A stretch of DNA of 64,000 nucleotides from Candidatus Woesearchaeota archaeon (GCA_019322475.1 JAHWIN010000011.1:495-64494); one strand, 5' to 3'. Counted from the first letter of the stretch, positions 47,185-57,327 are shown. The notes: generated from the letters alone by a model not told the origin. Numbers and translations are program-made.

Positions 47185-47812
47185 CTTCTTCTGTTTCTTC
47201 TATTCTCTCTTCTTTCTCGTCTAGTACGTCTATATTGTCAGGAAGCTTGATATCAGGGGGCATTATGGATATCTTTATCCCTACGATGCCCGACTTCAGT
47301 TGTGCTACAGCATAAGCCTTGTGGACGCCTTCTATGGATATGTCTCCGCATTTCCTAAGATACCCTGAATAAAACCTCCAGTTCTTAGCCCTTGAGCTTG
47401 GTATCTTTCCGCTTAGTATTATCTCTATCCCCAGAGCCCCGGAACCCATGACCTCGGTCATTACCTTATGGCCTATCCCTTTAAAGTTCTTTGTTCCGAA
47501 CCTCTCAAGGTATGATGCGATGTTCTCAGCCATTATAGAGGCGTTAAGCCCCCTGTTTTCTACCTCAGAGATCTCTATCTGGGGGTTCTCCAGCTCAAAT
47601 CTCTTCTTCAATGTTTTTGTAAGCAGCTTTATGTTCTGGCCTTTTCTTCCTACCACAAGGCCGGGCCTTGAAGAGTATACAACAACCTTTTCTCCCAACG
47701 GTGTTTTTTGTACCTTTACATGGCTTAGCCCAGCATTTTTTAGGCCGCTTTTTACATATTCCTGTATCTGGAATTCCTTTATCTTTTCAGTCACAAATTT
47801 TCTTTCTATCAT
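47045..47812 (-). CDS. rps3: ribosomal protein uS3 (KH domain) with an acidic/lysine-rich tail
   Basis: A KH domain plus the S3 C-terminal domain. The C-terminal ~60 aa are E/K-rich. Confidence 0.85.
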   Translation of the reverse strand: MIERKFVTEKIKEFQIQEYVKSGLKNAGLSHVKVQKTPLGEKVVVYSSRPGLVVGRKGQNIKLLTKTLKKRFELENPQIEISEVENRGLNASIMAENIASYLERFGTKNFKGIGHKVMTEVMGSGALGIEIILSGKIPSSRAKNWRFYSGYLRKCGDISIEGVHKAYAVAQLKSGIVGIKISIMPPDIKLPDNIDVLDEKEERIEETEEDAESAKEEGKTKKKKESQKEKKEEPKENKKKKGEKKDEDKGTKVNG

Positions 47813-48345
47813 TTTTTGCCCTTTTTTCCTGCATCCTTCTGTTTTTTAGGCTCTTTTTTGGGAGCTTCCTTGTTTTTTTCTTTCTTTCCTTTTTCTTTTG
47901 CCTTTTTGTTTTCTGATTCCTGGACTATTATCTCTATATGCGTCCTCTTGGCTTTCCTCCTCCTTTGCCTTCCGTAACGCCATGGCCTGCTTGCCAGCTG
48001 CGCATTTATGTGCGGGATATAAAGGTCAGAGGTGTTGATTCCCTTGAACTGGGCATTGGCCTCTGCACATTCTATTAGCTTAAGGATCTCAATCGAAGCG
48101 TTTTTAGGGTATCTCCCGGGCCCCATCCCTTTCTTGTGGCTCAGGTCTCTTTTGAACCTCTTGAACTCGATTGCCTCTTTCCCGGCTATGACATTCTTTA
48201 ATATCTCTTTTGCCCTGCCGGTTTTCTTGTTCCTTATCAGGTTGCATATCTCTACGCTGAACTTTGTGGATATGGGGATAGACCTCCCTACCGCTCTGGC
48301 CATGTTCTCCTTGTCATATTTTTTGGTTGAATATTTATATGCCAT
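47809..48345 (-). CDS. rpl22: ribosomal protein uL22
   Basis: 'ARAVGRSIPISTKFSVEICNLIR' is the L22 signature. Confidence 0.85.
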   Translation of the reverse strand: MAYKYSTKKYDKENMARAVGRSIPISTKFSVEICNLIRNKKTGRAKEILKNVIAGKEAIEFKRFKRDLSHKKGMGPGRYPKNASIEILKLIECAEANAQFKGINTSDLYIPHINAQLASRPWRYGRQRRRKAKRTHIEIIVQESENKKAKEKGKKEKNKEAPKKEPKKQKDAGKKGKK

Positions 48346-48349
48346 GTTT

Positions 48350-48733
48350 CTATTTCACCGATAATGCAGATGAGCTTCTTGTAGCGCCTATTCCTGGAGC
48401 AGAATGCTCTACTTTTCCTCTTGTTATTACAAACTCCCCTAGGTGGTGCCCTATCATCTCTTCCTGGATCATCACAGGGGAAAATGTTTTTCCGTTATGG
48501 ATCCCTATGTTGGTCCCTACCATCTCAGGAAGTATTATCATGTCCTTGCAGTGGGTCTCTATATTCCTCTTATTGGATCTTATCCTCTTTAGTAATATCT
48601 TCTGCTGGTCGCTGAATCCCCTCTTCAGGCTTCTCCTTGCCCTTGAAGGCAGCAAAGGCATGAGCTCATTTAGGCTCATCGCTTTTAGTTCATCCAGCGT
48701 TTTTCCCTTGTAATTGAATTCTTTCTTTGCCAT
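48350..48733 (-). CDS. rps19: ribosomal protein uS19
   Basis: '[17 protein letters not shown]' is the S19 signature. Confidence 0.85.
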   Translation of the reverse strand: MAKKEFNYKGKTLDELKAMSLNELMPLLPSRARRSLKRGFSDQQKILLKRIRSNKRNIETHCKDMIILPEMVGTNIGIHNGKTFSPVMIQEEMIGHHLGEFVITRGKVEHSAPGIGATRSSSALSVK

Positions 48734-48757
48734 TTTTATGTATTACCTCTATAAGCC

Positions 48758-49474
48758 TTATCTTTTCTTCCTTCCTGTCCTCCTGGCAGCTATCTTTCCA
48801 ACCTTCCTTCCAGGTGGAGCGTCCCTTGATACGGTAGAGGCCTTTCCTTTGCTGCATGTGCTGGATCCTCCGAAAGGATGTGAAACAGCGTTCATGGCAA
48901 CACCGCATACCTTGGGGTATTTTTTGTTTCTCGCCTTCATGGCATAATGCTTGAATCCTGCTTTTAGGAATGGCTTGTCTTTTTTTCCGGATCCTGCTAT
49001 CTCTCCGATAGTGGCCCTGCACTTTGGGTTGAATCTCCCTTCCTTTTTAGAGGGCAGCAATATGATTACCTTATCCCTCATCTTGGATACTACCTTTGCA
49101 GAAGCGCCCGATGACCTTACGAATTTGCCGCCGTCTCCTGGCTGGTTTTCTATATTATATACTCTTGTCCCTTCAGGGATGTCCTTTAAGAAGAGAACAT
49201 TCCCTTTTTTGACAGCAGCTCCTTCTCCCATCTCTATCTCGCTCCCTACCCTTATGCCGTCTGGAGCCTGCAGCAGCCTTTTGTTTCCGTCTTCATACAT
49301 TACATCTGCTAAAGGGGCGCTATGCCCGGGGCAGTGGATTATATCTACGACCTTGCCTTTGCAGCGTTCTTCCTGATATGCTCCGTAAGTGGCTTTTCCT
49401 TTGTACCTGAAGCTTGGAGCCCTGTAAGTAGGCGATCCTTTTCCTCGTTTTTGCTGGATTAGGTTTTTTCCCAT
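48758..49474 (-). CDS. rpl2: ribosomal protein uL2
   Basis: L2 blocks including 'GGSSTCSKGKASTVSRDAPPGRKVG'. Confidence 0.9.
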   Translation of the reverse strand: MGKNLIQQKRGKGSPTYRAPSFRYKGKATYGAYQEERCKGKVVDIIHCPGHSAPLADVMYEDGNKRLLQAPDGIRVGSEIEMGEGAAVKKGNVLFLKDIPEGTRVYNIENQPGDGGKFVRSSGASAKVVSKMRDKVIILLPSKKEGRFNPKCRATIGEIAGSGKKDKPFLKAGFKHYAMKARNKKYPKVCGVAMNAVSHPFGGSSTCSKGKASTVSRDAPPGRKVGKIAARRTGRKKR

Positions 49475-49508
49475 TTTATCATGCTGTTATATTATCCTGT
49501 TTGATTGC

Positions 49509-49805
49509 CTACATCAGCCCCAGCTTTGTTGCAGTGTCGATAGCCGGGTTGTCGTTTGAAAACCTAACGTATGCCCTTTTCTTTCCATCAGGCCCGATTA
49601 GGGTATTCACTTTTTCGATCTTTACCTTGAATATCTTTTCTATGGCCTCTTTGACATCTTTTTTAGTGGCTTTCCTGTCTACCTCGAATAGGAGCTTGTT
49701 CTCGCTCTCCATCATCCTTATCGCTTTTTCTGTAGACAGCGGATTTTTTATTGTTTTGTATATGTCCATTTTACATGAATAGTTTCTTTTTTTCAAGCTC
49801 CTCAA
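49509..49805 (-). CDS. rpl23: ribosomal protein uL23
   Basis: 'NKLLFEVDRKATKKDVKEAIEKIFKVKIEKVNTL' is the L23 signature. Confidence 0.85.
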   Translation of the reverse strand: MRSLKKRNYSCKMDIYKTIKNPLSTEKAIRMMESENKLLFEVDRKATKKDVKEAIEKIFKVKIEKVNTLIGPDGKKRAYVRFSNDNPAIDTATKLGLM

Positions 49806-50577
49806 CAGCCCCTTTGCTCCATACTGTCAGCCTTCCTGGAACAGCTCCTGGAGCAAGCATGTTTGCATTTATGTTCTTGACTTCACATACATCTATCCCT
49901 GGTATGTTCTCTGCGGATTTGATAAGCTTGCATTCCTTTGAAACTACGATCAGCGGACCTTTCTTTTTCTTGTATTTTCTTCCCCTTAGCTTGCCCTTTC
50001 CTGCCCTTACCTTCTTCTTCTCACACCTCTTTAGCTCATCTTCCAGGCCGAATAAGGCTAAAACATCCTTTACCTTTTTTGTCTTGTCTATAGCCTCTAT
50101 CTCTGAATTGATTATGATAGGGTAATTGTCTGTGATTCTATGCCCTCTTTCACTCACTAATTTTTTATCTATGCTGGCAGCGATAGCTGATCTTATTGCC
50201 GTTTTTCTTTCCTTCTTGTTTATCTTCTGCCACCAGATCTTCTCAGATTTAGGGGGGTGTGCTCTCCTTCCTCCGACAGTCCCCGGAGCGATAGCCCCTG
50301 CCCAGTTCATCCTCGTTCCCCTTCTTGAAAGTATCTTTCTTGGAACCCTTGATATCCCGAATCCATAACTTCCCCTGTAATTATGCCTCCTTCTTGAGAT
50401 CTTGCCGGAAGCCCTTTTGCCTGCTTCAGTAGAAGCCCCGTACCTCTGCCTTTTATGTGACATTATGGCAAGGACAGCCCTCTTTATCAGGTCAGGCCTT
50501 ATATCTTCTTCAAACTGCTTAGGCAGCTTTATCTTTCCTTTTTCCTTGCTTTCCAGATCAAAAACCTTTGCTTCCAT
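49771..50577 (-). CDS. rpl4: ribosomal protein uL4
   Basis: L4 fold with the motif 'GRGTRMNWAGAIAPGTVGGRRAHPPK'. Confidence 0.85.
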   Translation of the reverse strand: MEAKVFDLESKEKGKIKLPKQFEEDIRPDLIKRAVLAIMSHKRQRYGASTEAGKRASGKISRRRHNYRGSYGFGISRVPRKILSRRGTRMNWAGAIAPGTVGGRRAHPPKSEKIWWQKINKKERKTAIRSAIAASIDKKLVSERGHRITDNYPIIINSEIEAIDKTKKVKDVLALFGLEDELKRCEKKKVRAGKGKLRGRKYKKKKGPLIVVSKECKLIKSAENIPGIDVCEVKNINANMLAPGAVPGRLTVWSKGAVEELEKKKLFM

Positions 50578-50596
50578 CTTTATCTTATCCTTCTTA

Positions 50597-51559
50597 TCAT
50601 TGCACGATATTTTTTATTATAGGAGCTTCCTTAGGGATATTTTTATTTGCCCTTATAGGCATGTTAAGCCTTATCATCCTTTTTTTAGGCCCCCCTATTG
50701 ATCCTTTTATCAGGACATAGGGGTTCTTGACAAGCCCATAGCTTATGAACCCGCCTTTAGGGTTGATCTCCTCTGGTTTCTCTCCTATCTTTATCAGCCA
50801 TTTGTTATATTCAGTCCTTTGGAAATATCCTGTCTGGCCTGCATGGGGTATTTTCCACATTATGTTTACCTGCCCGCACCATGGCCCTAATGATCCGGGA
50901 TTCCTCCTGCCTTTCTCTGCCTTGTGGTTTTTTCTCCCTATGCCGAATCTTTTGACGGGCCCTTGCAGCCCTTTTCCTTTTGTTATGGTATGAACATCAA
51001 GCTGGTTTCCCTCCTGGAAAACATCCTTTATGTTGATCTCTTTTCCAAGTATATTTTTTGCATAATTAAGCTTCTCTTCTTTCTTACCGCCGATAGCTAT
51101 CTCGAATAGCTCAGGTTTCTTCTTACCTATCCTTGTCAGCTTAGGCTGGGTATATACTACTAAGGTTATGTCGTCAAAATCCTTTGCCTCTTCTTTTTTC
51201 TTCTCCTTTTTAGGCATTATGATCCTTCTCTTAAGTTCCTTGTCCAGGTTGTCAGCAGGAATGTCAGAGACAGCCCTTAGGCCGTCGATGGTTTTTTTGT
51301 AAAAGCGGATAGAAGCAGTCTTTAATGGGGGGCATTCGACGATAGTAGCAGGGCAGAATATTGTTCCCCCTTTTGTCATGGAATTTGGGTTGTTGTCATT
51401 GATCATCAGATGGGCCATGCCTACCTTATATCCTGCAAAGCCAAGCAGCTTTGCCTCCTTTATATTAGCCCAGGACCTTACTCTGGCTACCTCTCTCTTG
51501 GCCCTCTTCCTTGGATGATAGGCCAGGCTTCCGAATCTTGGTCTTCTTGTTGTAGGCAT
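50597..51559 (-). CDS. rpl3: ribosomal protein uL3
   Basis: 'MPTTRRPRFGSLAYHPRKRA' is the archaeal L3 N-terminus. It is the first gene of the operon. Confidence 0.9.
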   Translation of the reverse strand: MPTTRRPRFGSLAYHPRKRAKREVARVRSWANIKEAKLLGFAGYKVGMAHLMINDNNPNSMTKGGTIFCPATIVECPPLKTASIRFYKKTIDGLRAVSDIPADNLDKELKRRIIMPKKEKKKEEAKDFDDITLVVYTQPKLTRIGKKKPELFEIAIGGKKEEKLNYAKNILGKEINIKDVFQEGNQLDVHTITKGKGLQGPVKRFGIGRKNHKAEKGRRNPGSLGPWCGQVNIMWKIPHAGQTGYFQRTEYNKWLIKIGEKPEEINPKGGFISYGLVKNPYVLIKGSIGGPKKRMIRLNMPIRANKNIPKEAPIIKNIVQ

Positions 51560-51837
51560 TTTTTATCCGAAATATTATATTTTTTGTTTCTGCTTCAGCT
51601 CACCCCTGAATCTTGTTCCGGGATATGTTATTGATTTGTAGTTTTTGATACAGCCCCGTATCTCATTGGGTTTGTAGCTTAAAAAAGCCTTTTATTAAAG
51701 CCTTTGCTAGAAATTTATTCCGTACTGAAAAGCTTCTTTTCAGGCTATATATGCAATGTACATAACATGTTTAGGTACACATAATTTGTTGAGAATTACT
51801 GAGAGTATATGGCTCTTTATAAATGTTACTGTGCTTT

Positions 51838-53490
51838 TCATGTTTTTTCTTCTTTTTTCACCTCTTCCTTAGCCCCTTCATTTCCTTTCTTGCCCTTCTC
51901 TCCCTCTTTCTTGCTCCCTTCAATTCCATCTTCTTTCCTCCTTTTCCCTTTACTGTCCTTCTTAACATATCTTGTCTTTATCCTGCAGTAATTCACAGGG
52001 TTCCTTACCCTTTGGCATATGCTGTCAGGCACACATACCCTGAAGTCCTTGTAATATGTGGAATTGGCGCAGTTAGGGGGCAGTATTTTTTTTGCCCTTT
52101 GCTTATGATACCTTAACTGCCCCTTTATCAGCACCTCCCTCAGCGGCTCTGGATTTTTTTTGTTCCATTCCTCTAATATCTTCTCTATCTCATCGTACCC
52201 CCACCCCACAGAAGTAAGGAAGTTTGTCAGGATAAACAGGCTTCTTTTCTTTCCGTCACTTACGCCCTTAAGTATAGATGATATGCACGGAGGGAAAAAT
52301 TGCTCAGGAACAGCCTCCTCAGGGATCTCATACTCCTTCTCTTCCTTGATGCCCTCCCCTTCTGTTTTTGCCTTAAAGTCAAAAGCCTGCACCAGCAGGT
52401 TCTTAGCCTCATTTTTGGCAGCCTGGTTCCTGTCCAGGAACCTGTACTTTGAGGTCCTTACGTTCTTTGCTATGGCTGCCTCTTTCCTGAACTGCATCAC
52501 CTTGCTTGGGTTTATAGGAACAGAGACCAGCCCTGACTTCTCGTTAAAGCTGTAAGGCATCCTGTACAGGTGCCGTGATGTTATCAGCAGCGTATCCACA
52601 TCGATAAAGCATGAGGGGTCTATATGGCTGTATATCTCATAGGAATTACAGTAAGGGCACCTCTCTTTTTTTGATGTGTCTGCAAAGCTTCTTGTTTTGG
52701 TCACCTCGCCCATCTTATCAACTCTTTTCATAAGCGAGTTGCACCTCTTGCATTTTATTGCAGAAGAAGGCAGGTCTGATCCTTGGGTATATCCGCATCT
52801 GCTGCACCCGTAAGAATAGGATTTCTCTTTCTTAGGGATGTTTCTCTTGCATCTTCTGCATACTTTTTTTATTATGTCCTCTTTCTTTTTTCCTATCTTG
52901 CCTGCAATGTCGCCTTTCTCCCTTTCGATCTTTTCAAGCAGCTTCTTGGTAAACGCAAGGTCCATCTCTTCGCTGTCTATAAAATAGACCAGGTACTCTG
53001 CGATCCTCCTTGCCCCTTCCGGAAAAAGCAGCCTGCTTTCCTTTCCGTTTACCTGCTCTGGAAACGCCTCAAAAGGCACGCCTATATGAAACCCCTTGTT
53101 TCCGGAGAACTTGCAGCTTATCGAGCTGACGTCATGCATCCTCAAGGCCCGTATTATAAGGTCAGCTATTATCTTGGAAAATTCAAAGTCTATAGAGTCG
53201 ATGTCCAGGACCAGGTCCCACCCCACCCTCAACTCCTCCATATCCTGCCTCTTCATCATGGGGTCAAGCTGCAGGGCATTCCTCCAAAGCTCCTCAGAGC
53301 CGTGGAATGATGTAGCCCCCTGTTTGGCAAGCTCAAGTATATCCTGGGGATATTTTAGGATATCAGGCCTTTTCCCAAATCCCTTATCCCCAAACTTGAT
53401 AGCGATCTCCCTGTCCTTTGCATTCTCGATTATCTCATCCTGTATCTCTTTGCGCTTATACAGCTTAAGGCTTTGGCTTAAGGTTATCAT
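51838..53490 (-). CDS. DNA primase, single-polypeptide PriS catalytic domain fused to a PriL-like C-terminal domain
   Basis: PriS motifs 'DLVLDIDS' and 'SGNKGFHIGVP'. Central Zn-ribbon repeats (CRRC...CSRC, CKRC, CPYC). A C-terminal 'FFPPCISSILKG...GWGYDEIEKILEEW' resembles the PriL C-terminal domain with its PPC motif. Confidence 0.7.
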   Translation of the reverse strand: MITLSQSLKLYKRKEIQDEIIENAKDREIAIKFGDKGFGKRPDILKYPQDILELAKQGATSFHGSEELWRNALQLDPMMKRQDMEELRVGWDLVLDIDSIDFEFSKIIADLIIRALRMHDVSSISCKFSGNKGFHIGVPFEAFPEQVNGKESRLLFPEGARRIAEYLVYFIDSEEMDLAFTKKLLEKIEREKGDIAGKIGKKKEDIIKKVCRRCKRNIPKKEKSYSYGCSRCGYTQGSDLPSSAIKCKRCNSLMKRVDKMGEVTKTRSFADTSKKERCPYCNSYEIYSHIDPSCFIDVDTLLITSRHLYRMPYSFNEKSGLVSVPINPSKVMQFRKEAAIAKNVRTSKYRFLDRNQAAKNEAKNLLVQAFDFKAKTEGEGIKEEKEYEIPEEAVPEQFFPPCISSILKGVSDGKKRSLFILTNFLTSVGWGYDEIEKILEEWNKKNPEPLREVLIKGQLRYHKQRAKKILPPNCANSTYYKDFRVCVPDSICQRVRNPVNYCRIKTRYVKKDSKGKRRKEDGIEGSKKEGEKGKKGNEGAKEEVKKEEKT

Positions 53491-53522
53491 CTCTCCCGAA
53501 AAGGATAATTTTTATATTTATA

Positions 53523-53942
53523 ATGCTTTTGCTGTGCCCATTAGTAGCTAAGCCTAACAACATGAAACACAAGAAAGAATTGCTGGAATGGATAGAAAAG
53601 CTCAGGGACTCAGATAGGATTATCTTAGTAGAAGGAAAAAAAGACAAGGCAGCGCTAAGAAACCTGGGCATAGGCAATGTAGTCCAGCTCAACAAAAGAC
53701 CATTATATATAGTAGTAGAGGAGCTTGCAGAAAAAAGCAAAGGTGTTATGATCCTGACAGACCTCGACAGGAAAGGAAAGCAGCTTTATGCAAAGCTCAA
53801 CCATCATCTCCAGTCCCTCGGCGTTAAGATAGACAACCGCTTCAGGAATTTCCTCTTCAGGAAAACCCAGTTAAGGCAGATAGAGGGAATGGATAGTTAT
53901 GTCGCTAAGGCTGAGCTTGGTTCTAAGCATCCGTTGGTTTAG
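53523..53942 (+). CDS. small Toprim-domain protein
   Basis: 'IILVEGKKDKAAL' and 'VMILTDLDRKGKQLY' supply the Toprim Glu and DxD motifs. The true start is probably the internal Met (MKHKKELLEW). Confidence 0.6.
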   Translation: MLLLCPLVAKPNNMKHKKELLEWIEKLRDSDRIILVEGKKDKAALRNLGIGNVVQLNKRPLYIVVEELAEKSKGVMILTDLDRKGKQLYAKLNHHLQSLGVKIDNRFRNFLFRKTQLRQIEGMDSYVAKAELGSKHPLV

Positions 53943-54085
53943 GTATTGCTGTTTAATGCACTTCTTAAAATTGTTGAACCTGTTTTCTTCCCCCCTCTAA
54001 GCTTAACCACCCATTTATAACGCTCCCTCCCCCCAACAACCAAAAAGAACAAAGCTTATAAATAAAAAATGTATTCTCAGGCCTT

Positions 54086-54943
54086 ATGGCATTCGGAAAC
54101 CAATTAAAGACAGTAGCCCTTCTCGGCCTTCTTACAGGTTTATTGTTATGGATAGGATCGTTCTGGGGAAGGTCAGGATTGTTCTTCGCTTTAGTCTTCT
54201 CTGTGATCATGAACTTCGGCTCTTACTGGTTTAGCGACAAGATTGCATTAGCCATCTATAGGGCAAAAGAGGTCAAGGAAAATGAAGCCCCAAGGCTCCA
54301 TAAGATAGTGAGGGAAGTTTCTCATCTTGCCAAGATTCCCATGCCAAAAGTATATATCCTTCCTGCCCCTTATGCAAACGCATTCGCTACCGGAAGGAAC
54401 AGGAAGCACGCTGCCGTTGCAGCCACCCAGGGAATATTAGACCTGTTGAGTGATGATGAGCTGAAAGGGGTGATCGCCCATGAAGTGTCCCACATAAAGC
54501 ACAACGACATATTGATACAGAGCGTTGCAGCGACTATCGCAGGAGTCATATCTTACATAGCCATGATAGCAAGATGGAGCGCTATCTTCGGAGGCTTCGG
54601 AGGAAGGGACAGGGACAGCGGATCTATGATAGAGCTTCTTGTCCTGGCTATACTGACCCCATTGTTAGCTACAATAATCCGGTTAGCGATATCAAGAAGC
54701 AGGGAGTACCTTGCAGATGAATCAGGCGCCAGGTTATTGCACAACGGCTATAGCCTTGCAGACGCTTTAGAAAAGCTTGAGGACTCGACAAAGCACGTTT
54801 CATTAAGGCCCACCTCGCAGTCTCAGGCAACAGCTCACATGTTTATCAGCTCGCCATTCAGGGGAAAGACTTTCTTATCACTTTTCATGACCCACCCTTC
54901 CACAGGATCAAGGGTAAAAAGGCTGAGGTCTATGAATTTCTGA
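54086..54943 (+). CDS. htpX: HtpX-like M48 membrane zinc metalloprotease
   Basis: 'HEVSHIKHND' is the HExxH motif of M48. The protein has four TM helices and a C-terminal 'MTHPS' block. Confidence 0.8.
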   Translation: MAFGNQLKTVALLGLLTGLLLWIGSFWGRSGLFFALVFSVIMNFGSYWFSDKIALAIYRAKEVKENEAPRLHKIVREVSHLAKIPMPKVYILPAPYANAFATGRNRKHAAVAATQGILDLLSDDELKGVIAHEVSHIKHNDILIQSVAATIAGVISYIAMIARWSAIFGGFGGRDRDSGSMIELLVLAILTPLLATIIRLAISRSREYLADESGARLLHNGYSLADALEKLEDSTKHVSLRPTSQSQATAHMFISSPFRGKTFLSLFMTHPSTGSRVKRLRSMNF

Positions 54944-54986
54944 TTGGCGTCCATCTCTTTTCTTTTTTCCCTTAACCTCTGCCAAT

Positions 54987-55035
54987 TTGTTACTCCTACA
55001 GATTTCCTCATCTTTTGTTTCTGTAGGGGTAACAA
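54987..55035. terminator. 16-bp inverted repeat hairpin between convergent htpX and the helicase gene (possible bidirectional terminator)
   Basis: TTGTTACTCCTACAGA, a 17-nt loop, then TCTGTAGGGGTAACAA, with one mismatch. T-rich runs flank it. Confidence 0.3.
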
Positions 55036-55079
55036 ATTTATGTAGGAGGTGATGATAGAAAACCTATCCCTTCTGATCC

Positions 55080-57323
55080 TCAATTCTCAAAAACTATCCT
55101 AAGTATCTCCTCCCCAAATCTCCTGACCTTATTCGGCCCAAGCCCATAGATCTCATACAATTCTTCAACAGATGATGGCCTGTTCACGCAAAGCTCGTTT
55201 AATGTCTTGTCGCTGAAGATATGGAAAGGCAACAGCTTCAATTCCTTTGACTTCTCCAGCCTCCACCTCCTGAGCTCAGAAGACAGGCTGCTCCCTGATT
55301 TTTCTCTTGTATCTCTCTTCTCTATATGCCCTAATTTCCCATTGCTTAGCTTCATCACAGTATCCTTATAGCTCTTAACACCTCTTTCTTCACCGCCGCC
55401 CATAATACCCTTATCATTAGAAACCCCATCATTTTGTATTATCCCTGTAGTCCTGTCATCGATGAAATGGGTAAGCGTAGAGTAATAGCTTATGATAAGC
55501 TTAGACTTTGCCCTTGAAAGGGCAACATACAAAACCCTTAACTCTTCCCCGTACTTGTCATAGCCCTCATCCGTCTTCAATATGTCCAGTATGGGGTGCT
55601 CAGAAGCCCTGCAAGGAAAATTGAAGTCGTTTGCCCCTATGACATATACAGTACTGGCTTCCAGCCCTTTTATGGCATGTATCGTGGATAATGTTATCTG
55701 GTTTTCCTTGGGCTCTATGTTGGATTTTTTGTCCTCCACAGTCCTTTTTATGAAATCTATCCTGAACTGCCTGAGCCTTTTTGATATCCTGTCAAGCTGC
55801 CTGTTCGTCCTTGCCAGAACAAATACCTCTTTCCTTTCTGTCTTTAGGCTGAGTATGCTCTGCGCAACAAACAGGTGCTCTGCTTCCTCATTATCATGTT
55901 CTACAAGAAGGACATCCTTTTCAGCAGATGCATTTTTTTCGCAGCAGCTTATTTCAGGCATCCCCATCGTCCTTATGACAGAATTCAGCGTTTTGATTAT
56001 GCCTTCTTTTGACCTGTAGTTTATCTTCAGCTCTAAGGCCTTGCATTTTGGATATTTTTCCTTGAATCCGGTTATGTGCCTTATCTCAGACCCCCTCCAT
56101 CCGAATATGCTCTGCCTTGGATCTCCGACAGCAAAGATATTCCCGGGATTAAGCTGTTCTATGAGCCTTATCTGCATATTGTTTACATCCTGGTACTCAT
56201 CAACAAGAACGTGCTCAAATTTGGGGATAGTCCCAGGAAATCTGGAAAACAGCTCCATAGTATGCACGATCTGGTCAGTATAATCCCTGTACCCCAGTTT
56301 TTTTTTATAATATGCTATCTTTTCCAAAGCCCCCAGGACAAGCCCCGCAGTATCTATCTCTTTTCCTGAGCATCCGTCTTTGGCAGCATCCTTAAGCTCG
56401 CTAAGCTCTTTTTTCATGTTCCTGTAATGGTCCATGACTGCAAACAGGTCATTTACAAGCCTAAGGTACAAGGTCATCTTATCCTCGGAAAAATGCTTCC
56501 TGTGGCTGAAATAAAGGTCCACAGCAGACTCCTGCGTATGCCCCATCTCCTTCAATACGTGGTTTACAAGAAGTATCCTTTTCCTGAAGTCCAGGACCCC
56601 GTAATTCCTGTCATAGATAAGATGCCCTGACCTGAGGAGCATCTTTTCACAGAATGAGTTGAATGTCTCGACCTGGAGATTATTCCCGGGCATCATATCT
56701 TCCAGCCTTTTTATCATCTCCTTCCTTGCTTTCCTTGTGAATGTTATTGCAAGTATTTTTTCATCGCCTATGTTCTTAAGCTTCGAAAGGAACTCTATCC
56801 TTTTTGTAAGCACCTTTGTCTTTCCTGTTCCTGCCCCTGCAACACAAAGTATATGCCTTGAATTGTCTATTACAGCTTTTTTCTGAAAGTCATTAAGCCC
56901 CTTGAGAAAATCACCTAATAATGAAAAGATCCTTCTGTCATCATCAGTGACAGGCTCAGCCATTTGATCGATTATTTTTTTTGTACTGTCGCCTTTGCCT
57001 TTGTTGCTGATCTCTTTTTTCCCTTTCTTGGTGAGGCAGACTACAGTATAATATTTATTAGGGTCGGGCTTCTTCACCTCGATAAGGCCCTTATACTCTA
57101 GCTCGCTCAAAAGCCTCTCTGTATCCTCTTTTGTAAACCCTCCAAGGCACCCGAAGTATCTGTTCTTGTCAAACCTGTGCCTGACTGCCCTTTCCGTCTT
57201 TTTTCCCCTTAATACATCAACAAGGTACCTTCTTCCTACCTTAAACCTAAGCTCATCAATAGCCTTCAATGCCATTATCTGGTTTGGCTCATCTATGAAT
57301 TCCTCCATTTTATCCTTTTCCAT
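55080..57323 (-). CDS. UvrD/PcrA-family superfamily-1 helicase with an N-terminal winged-helix domain and a C-terminal HRDC-like domain
   Basis: Walker A 'CVAGAGTGKT' and the UvrD motifs. The N-terminal ~120 aa form a wH-like domain. The C-terminal 'LNELCVNRPSSVEELYEIYGLGPNKVRRFGEEIL' fits an HRDC domain. Confidence 0.75.
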   Translation of the reverse strand: MEKDKMEEFIDEPNQIMALKAIDELRFKVGRRYLVDVLRGKKTERAVRHRFDKNRYFGCLGGFTKEDTERLLSELEYKGLIEVKKPDPNKYYTVVCLTKKGKKEISNKGKGDSTKKIIDQMAEPVTDDDRRIFSLLGDFLKGLNDFQKKAVIDNSRHILCVAGAGTGKTKVLTKRIEFLSKLKNIGDEKILAITFTRKARKEMIKRLEDMMPGNNLQVETFNSFCEKMLLRSGHLIYDRNYGVLDFRKRILLVNHVLKEMGHTQESAVDLYFSHRKHFSEDKMTLYLRLVNDLFAVMDHYRNMKKELSELKDAAKDGCSGKEIDTAGLVLGALEKIAYYKKKLGYRDYTDQIVHTMELFSRFPGTIPKFEHVLVDEYQDVNNMQIRLIEQLNPGNIFAVGDPRQSIFGWRGSEIRHITGFKEKYPKCKALELKINYRSKEGIIKTLNSVIRTMGMPEISCCEKNASAEKDVLLVEHDNEEAEHLFVAQSILSLKTERKEVFVLARTNRQLDRISKRLRQFRIDFIKRTVEDKKSNIEPKENQITLSTIHAIKGLEASTVYVIGANDFNFPCRASEHPILDILKTDEGYDKYGEELRVLYVALSRAKSKLIISYYSTLTHFIDDRTTGIIQNDGVSNDKGIMGGGEERGVKSYKDTVMKLSNGKLGHIEKRDTREKSGSSLSSELRRWRLEKSKELKLLPFHIFSDKTLNELCVNRPSSVEELYEIYGLGPNKVRRFGEEILRIVFEN

Positions 57324-57327
57324 ATTT

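Noticed and set aside
53965-54210. 81-aa minus-strand ORF upstream of htpX
   Set aside because: It overlaps the htpX 5' region on the opposite strand and has no motif, so it is likely spurious.
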